From Silvanigrellaceae bacterium (GTDB lineage Bacteria; Bdellovibrionota_B; Oligoflexia; Silvanigrellales; Silvanigrellaceae), in contig JBMSQQ010000020.1 in NCBI GenBank assembly GCA_049423385.1, positions 1-42,636 of the forward strand: 42,636 nt of DNA, given 5' to 3'. The notes beneath the pieces were generated by a model. It ran no database searches. It was not told the DNA's origin and was given only the letters and a program-made list of their open reading frames with translations. Each line of letters starts with the position of its first letter. The stretch's first letter is position 1. Made by a program: the position numbers and the translations under genes. Positions 8,263 to 17,154 of the stretch are shown piece by piece.

Positions 8263-8958
8263 GTGTCTCCTGTATCGCCTCAATTTCCGACCCCAGGCTC
8301 TTGCTTCGTTGAAGCAACCCAGTCCCAATTGCACAAGACTTTGGGTTCCGCTTTCCGCGCTCCCATCCTGGGACTCGAAGACTGGAGGGTGTCGCAAAAC
8401 GCGTCGGACAAAATGATGGAACGTCGAGGTTGGATTCAACCACTCTGCGCAGCAACAACCACCCCTGAACAAATCGCCGGTCTCTCCATTGGCACAGAGC
8501 GCATCTACATTCCGGGCGAGTTTTGTCGTCAGGGAGATGTCTTGTCTGCAGCAGCGGAGTCGGAAAGATTGATCCTGCTTGAACGAGGCGCCTTTCTTGC
8601 GCCGAACGACATCATTCGTGCGGTTGAAAAACTCGGAGAAGCAAAAGGCAGGGTTATTTTGGTCGAAGCAGGGTCCTCTTTTGGTTACTCAGATCGCGTG
8701 CTCGATCCTCGTGCTCTTGAAGTGGTCGCCGATTTGGGTTGTCCTGTGGCACTCAACATCAACTCGCTTTCGAAATCCATCGGTGCTCCTTACGAACACC
8801 GTCCGCAATGGCTGGCAGACAGCAAATTCGATTTAGCCTACGTTCGCACTGCATTGGCATTCCGACTGCACTATCTCATTCTCCCGTCCAACCGTGAGCT
8901 CCATCCGTCGGCGTTGGATCTTTGGATGTCTGAAAAGAGGAACAGCAATCATGTTTAA
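8263..8958 (+). CDS. Degenerate KdsA/DAHP-synthase-like protein (probable pseudoenzyme)
   Basis: ILLERGAFLAP and VILVEAGSSFGYSDRVLD align with KdsA KKGQ and LCERGTSFGYNNLIVD, but the catalytic motifs are missing. GGAGG RBS before GTG; overlaps the kdsA start. Confidence 0.65.
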   Translation: MSPVSPQFPTPGSCFVEATQSQLHKTLGSAFRAPILGLEDWRVSQNASDKMMERRGWIQPLCAATTTPEQIAGLSIGTERIYIPGEFCRQGDVLSAAAESERLILLERGAFLAPNDIIRAVEKLGEAKGRVILVEAGSSFGYSDRVLDPRALEVVADLGCPVALNINSLSKSIGAPYEHRPQWLADSKFDLAYVRTALAFRLHYLILPSNRELHPSALDLWMSEKRNSNHV

Positions 8959-9769
8959 AAACGGCTGGAGCGGACAAATTCATCCTGCGACAACTCTCTC
9001 GAACGCAAAGCTCACCATCATTGCTGGTCCTTGCATGTTTGAAAGCAGGGAATTGGGATTTGAAGTTGCTCAACGCTTGAAAGCCCTTTGCAGTGAGCTG
9101 GGATTCAATTACGTTTTCAAAAGCAGCTACGACAAGGCCAACAGAACGAGTGGAAACACGGCCCGGGGACCAGGCCTCGAACGCGGATTGGCGTGGTTGT
9201 CTGAAGTTCGAAGTGAACTCTCCATACCCGTCCTCACTGACGTCCACACACCATCCCAGGCAAAGGAAGCTGGAACAGTCGTCGACATCGTTCAGGTTCC
9301 GGCATTTCTGTGCGACCAAAAAGATCTTCTCAAAGCATGTGCCGAGACAGATAAAGTTGTTCAAATCAAAAAAGGGCAACATGCACCCACGGAGCAGCTC
9401 ATTTCATGTGCGGATTACGTTGCCACCTGTGGCAATTCCAAAGTCCTGCTCTGCGAGCGCGGAACTTCATTTGGTTACAACAATCTTATTGTTGATTACC
9501 GCAATCTGATTCTCATGAACCGTTCGGGATATGCGACCGTCTTCGACGGCACACACGCGGCCCAGCTCCCCGGAGCGGGTGGTGGACAGTCATCAGGTTT
9601 GCGTGACATGGTTCCGGGACTTTGTGCAGCAGCTGTCGCTGTGGGAATTCACGCACTCTTCATGGAAGTACACCCGAATCCGGCAAAGGCACTTTCGGAT
9701 GCCTCCACGCAGGTTGATTTCACGACAGCCGAGCAAATTCTTCGCAATATCAGGCGCATCAGCAACTGA
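8951..9769 (+). CDS. kdsA: 3-deoxy-8-phosphooctulonate (KDO8P) synthase
   Basis: IAGPC, FKSSYDKANRTS, LTDVH, QVPAFLC, KKGQ, ERGTSFGY, DGTH, EVHPNP...SD. Confidence 0.96.
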   Translation: MFKNGWSGQIHPATTLSNAKLTIIAGPCMFESRELGFEVAQRLKALCSELGFNYVFKSSYDKANRTSGNTARGPGLERGLAWLSEVRSELSIPVLTDVHTPSQAKEAGTVVDIVQVPAFLCDQKDLLKACAETDKVVQIKKGQHAPTEQLISCADYVATCGNSKVLLCERGTSFGYNNLIVDYRNLILMNRSGYATVFDGTHAAQLPGAGGGQSSGLRDMVPGLCAAAVAVGIHALFMEVHPNPAKALSDASTQVDFTTAEQILRNIRRISN

Positions 9770-9869
9770 CATACTGTTTTGTTGGTGATTGCGTCCAATT
9801 CTTAAACCTCTGAATTTGTAGGCATTAGAAACATTCCTTCATTTCAGCCAAGAAGATTCACTCATCCTC

Positions 9870-9897
9870 TGAAGTTAGACGAATTTTGGGCCGATAA
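9870..9897 (+). promoter_or_regulatory. Sigma-28 (FliA)-like promoter
   Basis: TGAAGTTA-N12-GCCGATAA (perfect -10 box), 40 bp upstream of the 9938 gene. Confidence 0.55.
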
Positions 9898-9937
9898 GAC
9901 CCAAGAGATTTCTCGGAAATTTCAGAGGGAAAAGAGA

Positions 9938-12544
9938 GTGTTGAAAAACCATGGAATCCTGGTGCCGGCACTGGCGGTTCTTGCTGCTTGTGGAACCTCA
10001 CGTTCAACACGTTCGTCGGGTCCGTGTTCCGCCACACAATCAATCGTCGACAAAAAGGTTTCCTCGGATGCCAACACCGAAAAATACGACCCATCGGCAG
10101 TGCTGCTGCTGTTCAAGGCAACTTCCAACAACCTTGCGATTGAATCTCGATGCAACGCACGCCTTGTCAACAAACTTCTGACAAAACACAAGGCAGCGGA
10201 TGGAAGTCTCACAGATATCACGGCTCCAGTGGATTTTGGAAAACTCACTCTCCAGATTGAAAAAGGCGAAAACAACCTCGAACTGCACACCTCGGCCCAC
10301 TGTTTCTTTCGAGTTTGGGATTCACGTGTTTCGCAGCAGGTTGCGAACAATCCTGCCATTGCAATTGAACCCGTAAAAAGTCTTTTGGCCAACCAGGAGG
10401 TTCGCTACGAACTCTATCGTTCCATGCTCACGACCCCCCAGACCATTGTCGGCTACCTGCCCGATGGATCACCGGTCGAACTGAAATACACACTGCAGAC
10501 AACACCACTCTACGAGCGTTTTTTTGCGGAAATCGACAAACTTGGTTCTTCCGAACTCAAGAAAACCGTGGGCCAGGAGTTCAGCAAGTCATCGGTCATT
10601 CTCGATGAGTTTGTGACGCACGAATGCAACGCCGACGACAAGGTGGAACGCAGATCGTTCGACCCGAAGGTGACTGCGCAGGTGAAAGATGTTTCCACGC
10701 TTGCACCTTTCGCGATGACGCTTTTGGCCGAAGAGCAAAAGGGAGGAAGGGCTGAACTCGAATTGATGCGCACTCGCACCCTCGCGTCCGGACGACACAA
10801 ACTCTGCTTTTCTCAAACCGACATGGTAGTTGCGCCCATTCAAATCGTCGGCAACACAACAGACAACCAAAGAAAATTCATTTCGGAAATCGAGACAAGG
10901 CAAAGCGAAAAATCAGACATCTACACGAACCTTCTCAAAAGCTTCCAGGACAACTATCTGAACGCGAGCGGCAGTTCCACACCCACAACATTGAACAGCG
11001 ACTTTGTTTTCAAACTGAAGGATGTCGCCACCCCCAACGTGGTACCGATCAAATTCCCGGCAGACCTGCAATCCTGCAGCTTTGGCAGCGAATATCCCGG
11101 CTTTCTTCTTTCCGAAGCCATTCTGCAAAGAATCGAGAAAAGCTACTATCCAAGGGTCAAATTCGAGGGGATCAGCGCACTCTCGTTTGCAACCCCATTC
11201 GCAAAACTTTTTCCGAATCTTGTTGTCGACGATGCGGTGATGGCGTTTGTCAGACCTTTCCTGGAGTCTCGTGTTCAAAAGGCACTTTGCGAACTGGTTG
11301 GATTCGATGATTTCAACGCGTCGTTGAATGCGTGCGTCATCCCCGACAGCTCGGCGGTTGGACGTTGCCCGCTGCCTGGAACCGTCCTGTCCGCAGTTAC
11401 TGCAAAACATGAACAACTCAAGAAGAGCATTCACATCAGTTCTGTATCACCGATTCACATGTTGAAGCGACTGCGGGAGGAAAGTCCAATAGGACTGACC
11501 TTGCCATTTTCAGTGATGCGGGACTTCGTGGAGATCAGTTGTCAATCCGCCGGCGGAAACTCATGCGGTGCAGCAACCCATGTGTCAAACCTGAAAGGCA
11601 TCCTCGACGTGGTTGAAAAGATCCCGGTGACCACAGGATCGGGACAAACGATTTATCCTGCCGTGACCGAAAACTTCATCCGTGTGACGAACATCGACCA
11701 GGATCACCAGTTCGTCTGTACGCGTGAGTCTGCCAACTCCACCGAAGACCAGACATCCGCTTTGTTTTCTGCCTGGTCGGACGAATCCAAGAGAATCGTG
11801 CTGGAGGGAATTCCTGCTGGTTCATCGCTCGAAAAATACCGCAAGACCGGAACACGGCACATCTTCCTCAAATGCACCGCGGCTGGCTTGCAACGCCTGT
11901 ACAATTCGCAGAACACCTATTTCGGCATCGGCCAATACCTCAAATACGTGGACGTCAGCATGGTGCGAACAGACGCGTTGGGTCTGAATGGGCGAATCGA
12001 CTTGAGCAACGCCCAGATTGTTCAAACGGGACAACCCATGCAGATTCCGTTTGCAAGAATCTTCCTGAACGAATCTCAATCCAATGAAAGCAGCACAGAC
12101 ATAGCGGCACGCTTGTTGGCGGGGCCACATTTTCAGATGAGCTATTGCAGTGCTCAACAGCGCACCAAGAGTCCCGATGGGAGCTACCAGGATCTGTCGT
12201 TCTGCAAGGAATTGGATCCCATCCCCGACTTGTCTGTCGTGGGCGCGGAGTTTCAAAAGATTCCTGCCCACTTCAACTTCACCACACAGCTGCCTGCATG
12301 GCTTCCAGAACAAAAGAAGGCAAAATATGGTCCGGTGGCATTCCCATCAGACAACTATTCCTCCGAATCATCCCGCTATTTTTTCACGGCCGGAGACAGT
12401 GGAACGACAGTTTCAGGATTCGGATTGTTCCCGCTGCTCATGCTGAGCACGGTTCAAGACGTTCCGGTTTCGGGAGGTTTGGCCGTCATACCGAGCAAGG
12501 GCGAACAACAAGTGCAAACGTCCAAGAACACGACCTGCAGATAA
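9938..12544 (+). CDS. Large lipoprotein with trypsin-like (S1) serine protease motifs split by insertions
   Basis: Lipobox LAA-C; TSAHC (His121), candidate TDMVV (Asp295), GDSGT (Ser821). Confidence 0.6.
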   Translation: MLKNHGILVPALAVLAACGTSRSTRSSGPCSATQSIVDKKVSSDANTEKYDPSAVLLLFKATSNNLAIESRCNARLVNKLLTKHKAADGSLTDITAPVDFGKLTLQIEKGENNLELHTSAHCFFRVWDSRVSQQVANNPAIAIEPVKSLLANQEVRYELYRSMLTTPQTIVGYLPDGSPVELKYTLQTTPLYERFFAEIDKLGSSELKKTVGQEFSKSSVILDEFVTHECNADDKVERRSFDPKVTAQVKDVSTLAPFAMTLLAEEQKGGRAELELMRTRTLASGRHKLCFSQTDMVVAPIQIVGNTTDNQRKFISEIETRQSEKSDIYTNLLKSFQDNYLNASGSSTPTTLNSDFVFKLKDVATPNVVPIKFPADLQSCSFGSEYPGFLLSEAILQRIEKSYYPRVKFEGISALSFATPFAKLFPNLVVDDAVMAFVRPFLESRVQKALCELVGFDDFNASLNACVIPDSSAVGRCPLPGTVLSAVTAKHEQLKKSIHISSVSPIHMLKRLREESPIGLTLPFSVMRDFVEISCQSAGGNSCGAATHVSNLKGILDVVEKIPVTTGSGQTIYPAVTENFIRVTNIDQDHQFVCTRESANSTEDQTSALFSAWSDESKRIVLEGIPAGSSLEKYRKTGTRHIFLKCTAAGLQRLYNSQNTYFGIGQYLKYVDVSMVRTDALGLNGRIDLSNAQIVQTGQPMQIPFARIFLNESQSNESSTDIAARLLAGPHFQMSYCSAQQRTKSPDGSYQDLSFCKELDPIPDLSVVGAEFQKIPAHFNFTTQLPAWLPEQKKAKYGPVAFPSDNYSSESSRYFFTAGDSGTTVSGFGLFPLLMLSTVQDVPVSGGLAVIPSKGEQQVQTSKNTTCR

Positions 12545-12568
12545 ACGAAGACCCACCTCGTCGGGTTG

Positions 12569-13156
12569 TCAATCCTGGCCACAATTGGGTGGTGGACCCT
12601 CAACCCGACCGGCCACCATCATCGACTCGTTGTCCTGCTCGATTCGCTCAAACGAGACATCCGAACAGCAATTCACAACGACATTTCCCTTCAACCAGCG
12701 CCCCTGCGAGTTGGGAGGGCGATTGTGATCAAAACAAAGCAGCTTGCGAGGGCTGATGAAGGTGATTCCATCGGTGGGATCGATCGTCGCGTCACTCGAA
12801 AGGTTCAACACGGCAGAACGTCCCTGGGGAGACTGCAAAAACACCTGACGGTCGGGATCTCCCTTGCAGATACTTGTCGAACTGTCGTTCAACAGCACCC
12901 GGTATTGGCTATAGAATTTGAATGAAAAACAGCGAGCTTCGGAAGCCTGGCCAACATCATCGGGATTTTTCTTCTGCGGCACGCTGATGAGCTTTTTTGG
13001 ACCTTGCTTCACCACTTTTTTCGGAATTTTAGGTTCGGGAAAAGCCATCTGGTCGGCCTCTTCATCCAATTTCTGAAGCGCTTCCGCTTCGGCCGAGGTC
13101 AATTCCAATTTTTTCGACACACATGCCACGAGGAGCACTGGCCATATCAAAAACAA
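12569..13156 (-). CDS. Hypothetical lipoprotein
   Basis: LVA-C lipobox; follows the START gene closely; start codon uncertain. Confidence 0.6.
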   Translation of the reverse strand: MFLIWPVLLVACVSKKLELTSAEAEALQKLDEEADQMAFPEPKIPKKVVKQGPKKLISVPQKKNPDDVGQASEARCFSFKFYSQYRVLLNDSSTSICKGDPDRQVFLQSPQGRSAVLNLSSDATIDPTDGITFISPRKLLCFDHNRPPNSQGRWLKGNVVVNCCSDVSFERIEQDNESMMVAGRVEGPPPNCGQD

Positions 13157-13169
13157 CGTTCGGTACAGA

Positions 13170-13778
13170 TCACTCTCCTCGTTTCAGAAAATCCCGAAGC
13201 TTCAACAAACTGCTTTGATGCAAACGTCCCAGTGCAAAATTCACGAGTGCCGCGGGCAAAAGTCCGCCAGGCTCCACATGGGAAAAGAATACCACACGTG
13301 AACTGTTCTCGCTCACCTCAGAAACCGTCCAGCTGCCCGCCATCGCATCAATACGGACGACCCCGTCCACCAGCGGAACCACATCCTGCTGCTTCGAAAG
13401 CTCTGCGTGATACTCGTTCCTTGAAGAATTAAAAGATGTTTTTGCCAAAAAAACAACGTCACGGTCGGCCACGGGCCACAGCGAGTTGGTTCGCATGTAG
13501 ACGATTCCATCATCAGGCACGGGCCGGCTGATGACGTACGATTCGACACAACTGTAGACCCATTTCCGACACGTCTCAGCCGAAACAATCACGGAAAATG
13601 CTCTTTTTGGAGAAACCGGCACAAGAATTTCGCCACGCGCCTGTTTGTAGCGGGAACCTGGTTTATCCTGGGTCCAGACCTTGACCCCATCGACATCTAT
13701 CTCAAGTTGCCACTCATCGTTTGCGGCACGCGCGGTGTCTGGCAAAAAAACAAGCAGCAACACAGCGAGTCGTTTCAT
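13170..13778 (-). CDS. Secreted START/SRPBCC lipid-binding domain protein
   Basis: Signal peptide; W...DGVKVW, LWPVADRDVV, HVEPGGLLPAALVN. Confidence 0.88.
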   Translation of the reverse strand: MKRLAVLLLVFLPDTARAANDEWQLEIDVDGVKVWTQDKPGSRYKQARGEILVPVSPKRAFSVIVSAETCRKWVYSCVESYVISRPVPDDGIVYMRTNSLWPVADRDVVFLAKTSFNSSRNEYHAELSKQQDVVPLVDGVVRIDAMAGSWTVSEVSENSSRVVFFSHVEPGGLLPAALVNFALGRLHQSSLLKLRDFLKRGE

Positions 13779-15898
13779 GCCGCCTTCTCCTCCTCGGCTT
13801 GGCCAAATGCAGTTTCACGTTTCGACCAGCGGAAAAGTACGAGTGTGACATCATCACTCAAAGTATTGCCACCCGCCATCAACTTTGCCAAATCCGCACG
13901 CACTGTCTCAACGAATGTCTCGGGCGAACCACTTTTTTGAAACAATGAAATCAAATCGCGCCGCCGCGACGTGGGAGCACCCAACTTCAATTTCTCTCGC
14001 GCCTCGTTGTATCCATCGGTGTAGAGCATCACGGAGTCGCCAGAATCAAGGTATTCCTCGATGTGTGAAAATGTGCCTCCCGAGAGGCCCATCAGGGGGC
14101 CGGATGAAACCATGGACTCCAGCACGCCCCTGTTCTTTCTCCAAACCATCGGAAAAGGGTGTCCTGCATTGACGATCGTCAGCTTGCCGGTTTCCTCTTC
14201 CAGTGCAATCAGGCACATGCTCACCCAGCGGTCGCTTCTCGCCCCGGTCTTTCGAACAACATCGTTGATGACCTCAGCCGTGTGAAGAAGTCTTTCACAC
14301 GGCTCAATCCGCACGCCGGTCGACGCATATTCGGTTTCAAGTGACGCAACAGCTCCGCAGACGACACCCGTCAACAGCGCAGATGGAACGCCGTGCCCCG
14401 TCACGTCTCCGATGTAAAAATAGAGGACCTTGTTTATGGGATCATGCGTGTGCCAATACCAGTCTCCACCCACACGTTCGGCAACCATGTAACAAGTGGA
14501 GATATCGACAGACGACGTAAGGTTCCTGGGTGGCAAAAGAGTTTCTTGAACGGCATTTGCCGCCAGAAGCTCTGATTCTATTTGTGCCCGCTGATTGGCA
14601 CTCTCAAGCGCCCTCTGTTGAGCGCTATCCTTTTCGTTCCGCATGATGTTTATTTTATCTCCCAGGGCAAACGACAAAAGCACAACCTCAACGGCTGAAC
14701 CAAACAAAATTCCATTTTGGGTCAGAAACGAATGCGGGAAAAAGCCGAACTGGCCAAAACTGAAAAGAAGCCCACCCAAAATGAGAAATGCCCATGCCGA
14801 CAGGAACAATCGAGCAGAACGATCGCCCCTGAGGGCATTGGGCAAGGCCGACGACAGAACGAGACCCAAAGCCGAGACTTGCAGCACAAAACCAAGCTTC
14901 ACAACCAACACATCAAACCAAAGTGCAGAAACAACAAGTTGAACCAAAACCGTCGCAAGCAGAAACTTCATCATCCGGGCAAGATGAATCGACTGTGCCG
15001 AAATTTTCAAGAACGAATCGGCAAACAGGAGCGTAAACAAAAGCCCCAAAGGAGCACTCGATGACAATTGTCGTTGAGCCCAGAGGGGAGAGTCTGGCCA
15101 AAAGAAATGATTGGAAGCCCCCAACAAACCAACGAAACAAAATCCATGAAAAAAAGTGATCGACCCCACGTACCAGAGGTAACTTTTGTCGCGCACGACG
15201 AAAAAAAGAACAAAGTTGTAGAGAGCCATGACGACAATGACACCAAAATAGAGACCAAATGCCAGATACTCGAGAAGCTGGTGTCGCTGAAAACTCGTCG
15301 CATCCCTGATCACGGGCAAATAAGACTGTTGAATCGCCCTCGCCTCGACCAAAAATGTGGCTTTTGTTTGTGCAGCAATGGTTGTTGTAAAGGTCACATC
15401 ACGATCGATGACGGCTTTCGAAAAGCCAGGCACCAGAACACCACCTGCCCCCAGTTCGATAGCTTTTCCGTCATCGCCAATCCGAAAAAACCTGGCGCTG
15501 TCGATCAACGGATTGCCGAGCGACATAAACATTTTGGTCTCCGCAGAACCTTCGTTCCGCAAATCAAAACGCAACCAAAAAGTGCCGGACTTAAATCCAA
15601 GATTTGGAGCGACACTGATCAGGCCGCGAAATGAACCCGCAGCTCCGGAAATGATCTGCTCAACCCGCCAGCGCGATTCCGGATCGAAAAGATAACCAGA
15701 ACAATTGCCAATCTGGAACGAGTATTTTTCAGCCTGCAGGGTGATCGTTCCATCGCGACACAGCTCACCGGCTTGGGCGTTTGAATTTTTCAGAAAAGCG
15801 ATCACAAAAATCAACAATGCCAAGCACGTGCTTCTCGGCGAGAATCCCAATGGAAAGCTTCGCACGCGAATTCGATTTTGTAGCCTTGGGCCGTGCAC
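13775..15898 (-). CDS. 7TM-DISM sensor with SpoIIE/PP2C phosphatase domain
   Basis: 7TMR-DISMED2 (PNLGF...FWLRF), 7TM (LYFGVIVVMALYNF...SFALGDKI), SpoIIE motifs GGDWY, GDVTGHG, NAGHP, YTDG, DDVT. Confidence 0.9.
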   Translation of the reverse strand: MHGPRLQNRIRVRSFPLGFSPRSTCLALLIFVIAFLKNSNAQAGELCRDGTITLQAEKYSFQIGNCSGYLFDPESRWRVEQIISGAAGSFRGLISVAPNLGFKSGTFWLRFDLRNEGSAETKMFMSLGNPLIDSARFFRIGDDGKAIELGAGGVLVPGFSKAVIDRDVTFTTTIAAQTKATFLVEARAIQQSYLPVIRDATSFQRHQLLEYLAFGLYFGVIVVMALYNFVLFFVVRDKSYLWYVGSITFFHGFCFVGLLGASNHFFWPDSPLWAQRQLSSSAPLGLLFTLLFADSFLKISAQSIHLARMMKFLLATVLVQLVVSALWFDVLVVKLGFVLQVSALGLVLSSALPNALRGDRSARLFLSAWAFLILGGLLFSFGQFGFFPHSFLTQNGILFGSAVEVVLLSFALGDKINIMRNEKDSAQQRALESANQRAQIESELLAANAVQETLLPPRNLTSSVDISTCYMVAERVGGDWYWHTHDPINKVLYFYIGDVTGHGVPSALLTGVVCGAVASLETEYASTGVRIEPCERLLHTAEVINDVVRKTGARSDRWVSMCLIALEEETGKLTIVNAGHPFPMVWRKNRGVLESMVSSGPLMGLSGGTFSHIEEYLDSGDSVMLYTDGYNEAREKLKLGAPTSRRRDLISLFQKSGSPETFVETVRADLAKLMAGGNTLSDDVTLVLFRWSKRETAFGQAEEEKAA

Positions 15899-15933
15899 GA
15901 CGCCGTACCTCGCTGCAGCCGGTTCTATTTGTG

Positions 15934-15960
15934 ATATCGGGGATTTCCGGCGAAAGTTAA
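15934..15960 (-). promoter_or_regulatory. Sigma-28-like promoter
   Basis: Minus strand TTAACTTT-N11-CCCGATAT, about 35 bp upstream of the 7TM-DISM gene. Confidence 0.4.
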
Positions 15961-16066
15961 CGTCCCGGGATCAATTCAATAGAGTTGTCTTGAATCGATT
16001 CTCGGATGAAAAACCCAAATTACGGATAGCTGAGGAGAAAAGACTTTTCAGCGAACGACAAAGTGT

Positions 16067-17011
16067 TCAGCCATCGAACCGTTCGACCAACAAATGCAAA
16101 CTTCTGCCAAAGGGCCCAAAATACTTTTTGAAATCCAAAGCGTGGGAAGGCGACTTGGGGGTTACGGCCAGCATGCCCACAAAATTGCCCCGACCCTGAC
16201 TCCAAACATGCAAGTCACGCACCACGTGACCATCGCGCTCGATACTCGTGCGGATGTCGTCCAAGGACAAGCCCACAGGGTGCGCATCCAACAGTTCCCA
16301 TGCCGTTTGTTTCAGAAGGTTCCATGACCATTTCAAAATCAGCAGGGAGCCCAGAATTCCCATGACGGGATCCAAAAAACCTGCTGAAGGAAAATATTTT
16401 CCAGCAACCAACGCAACAATCGCCAAAACAGAGGTCAGCGCATCTGCAAGGACATGCATCAGCGCGCTTTCGTGATTCCTGTCAACCCGATGGTGGTCAT
16501 GATGATGGTCATGATGATGGTCATGATGATGGTCATGATGATGGTCATGATGGTGTGCTCCAGCGCCCCATCCCAGAAGCAATGCGCTCGCCAGATTGAC
16601 AACAAGCCCTACACAAGCCACCAACAGAGCTTCGCTGAAATTCACAGAAACAGGATTCATCAACCTGCGGACGCTTTCAAAAAACATCCAGAACGCAACC
16701 AAGGCAAGCAGGATAGCGCTGGTATAGCCACCCAAAGACAAAATCTTGCCCGTACCAAAATTCATCCTGCGCCGGAATCGGGTGGAGGATGTCAACAGAT
16801 AAGCCAAATAGCTGATGAACAATGCACCTGCGTGAGATGCCATGTGATAACCATCAGCCTCGAGTGCCATCGAACCCGTCAGACGACCTGCCACGATTTC
16901 ACCGATCATGGTCAGCGTCGTCAAAATAATCACCCAAAGAAGTCCTTTTTGCTTTGCCGCCATTTCATCCTGATTCAGCGTGAAAACAGATTCCTGATTG
17001 CAAACGCTCAT
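16067..17011 (-). CDS. dmeF: CDF-family Co/Ni/Zn efflux transporter, DmeF-like
   Basis: GSMALEADGYHMASH, FGTGK, His-rich loop, HVLADALTS, DLHVW; start reassigned to ATG 17011 (GGAG RBS). Confidence 0.85.
   Translation of the reverse strand: MSVCNQESVFTLNQDEMAAKQKGLLWVIILTTLTMIGEIVAGRLTGSMALEADGYHMASHAGALFISYLAYLLTSSTRFRRRMNFGTGKILSLGGYTSAILLALVAFWMFFESVRRLMNPVSVNFSEALLVACVGLVVNLASALLLGWGAGAHHHDHHHDHHHDHHHDHHHDHHRVDRNHESALMHVLADALTSVLAIVALVAGKYFPSAGFLDPVMGILGSLLILKWSWNLLKQTAWELLDAHPVGLSLDDIRTSIERDGHVVRDLHVWSQGRGNFVGMLAVTPKSPSHALDFKKYFGPFGRSLHLLVERFDG
16489..16555. repeat. 12-bp tandem repeat (gatgatggtcat; 4 perfect copies plus flanking variants) encoding an (HHHD)n loop
   Basis: Perfect units at 16501, 16513, 16525 and 16537, directly visible. 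Confidence 0.92.
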
Positions 17012-17154
17012 CACATCTCCAGCATCCGTCGATTGCAGGCATTCACGGTCGGGAGCACGGTGGGACAAAGCCGACCCGGACGCACCGTTGAATTCAAAAC
17101 ACTTTGACAATAGCATATCGGCAACAAAAGTATCACGCAAAAAAGGGCCCCAAA

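Noticed and set aside
16489..16555. Possible CRISPR array
   Set aside because: Contiguous 12-bp coding repeat with no spacers and no cas genes.
16454..17107. Plus-strand ORF with a VMMM repeat
   Set aside because: Antisense shadow of the His-repeat in the CDF transporter.
17115..17141. Sigma-28 -10 box GCCGATAT upstream of the CDF gene
   Set aside because: No recognisable -35 element at the correct spacing.
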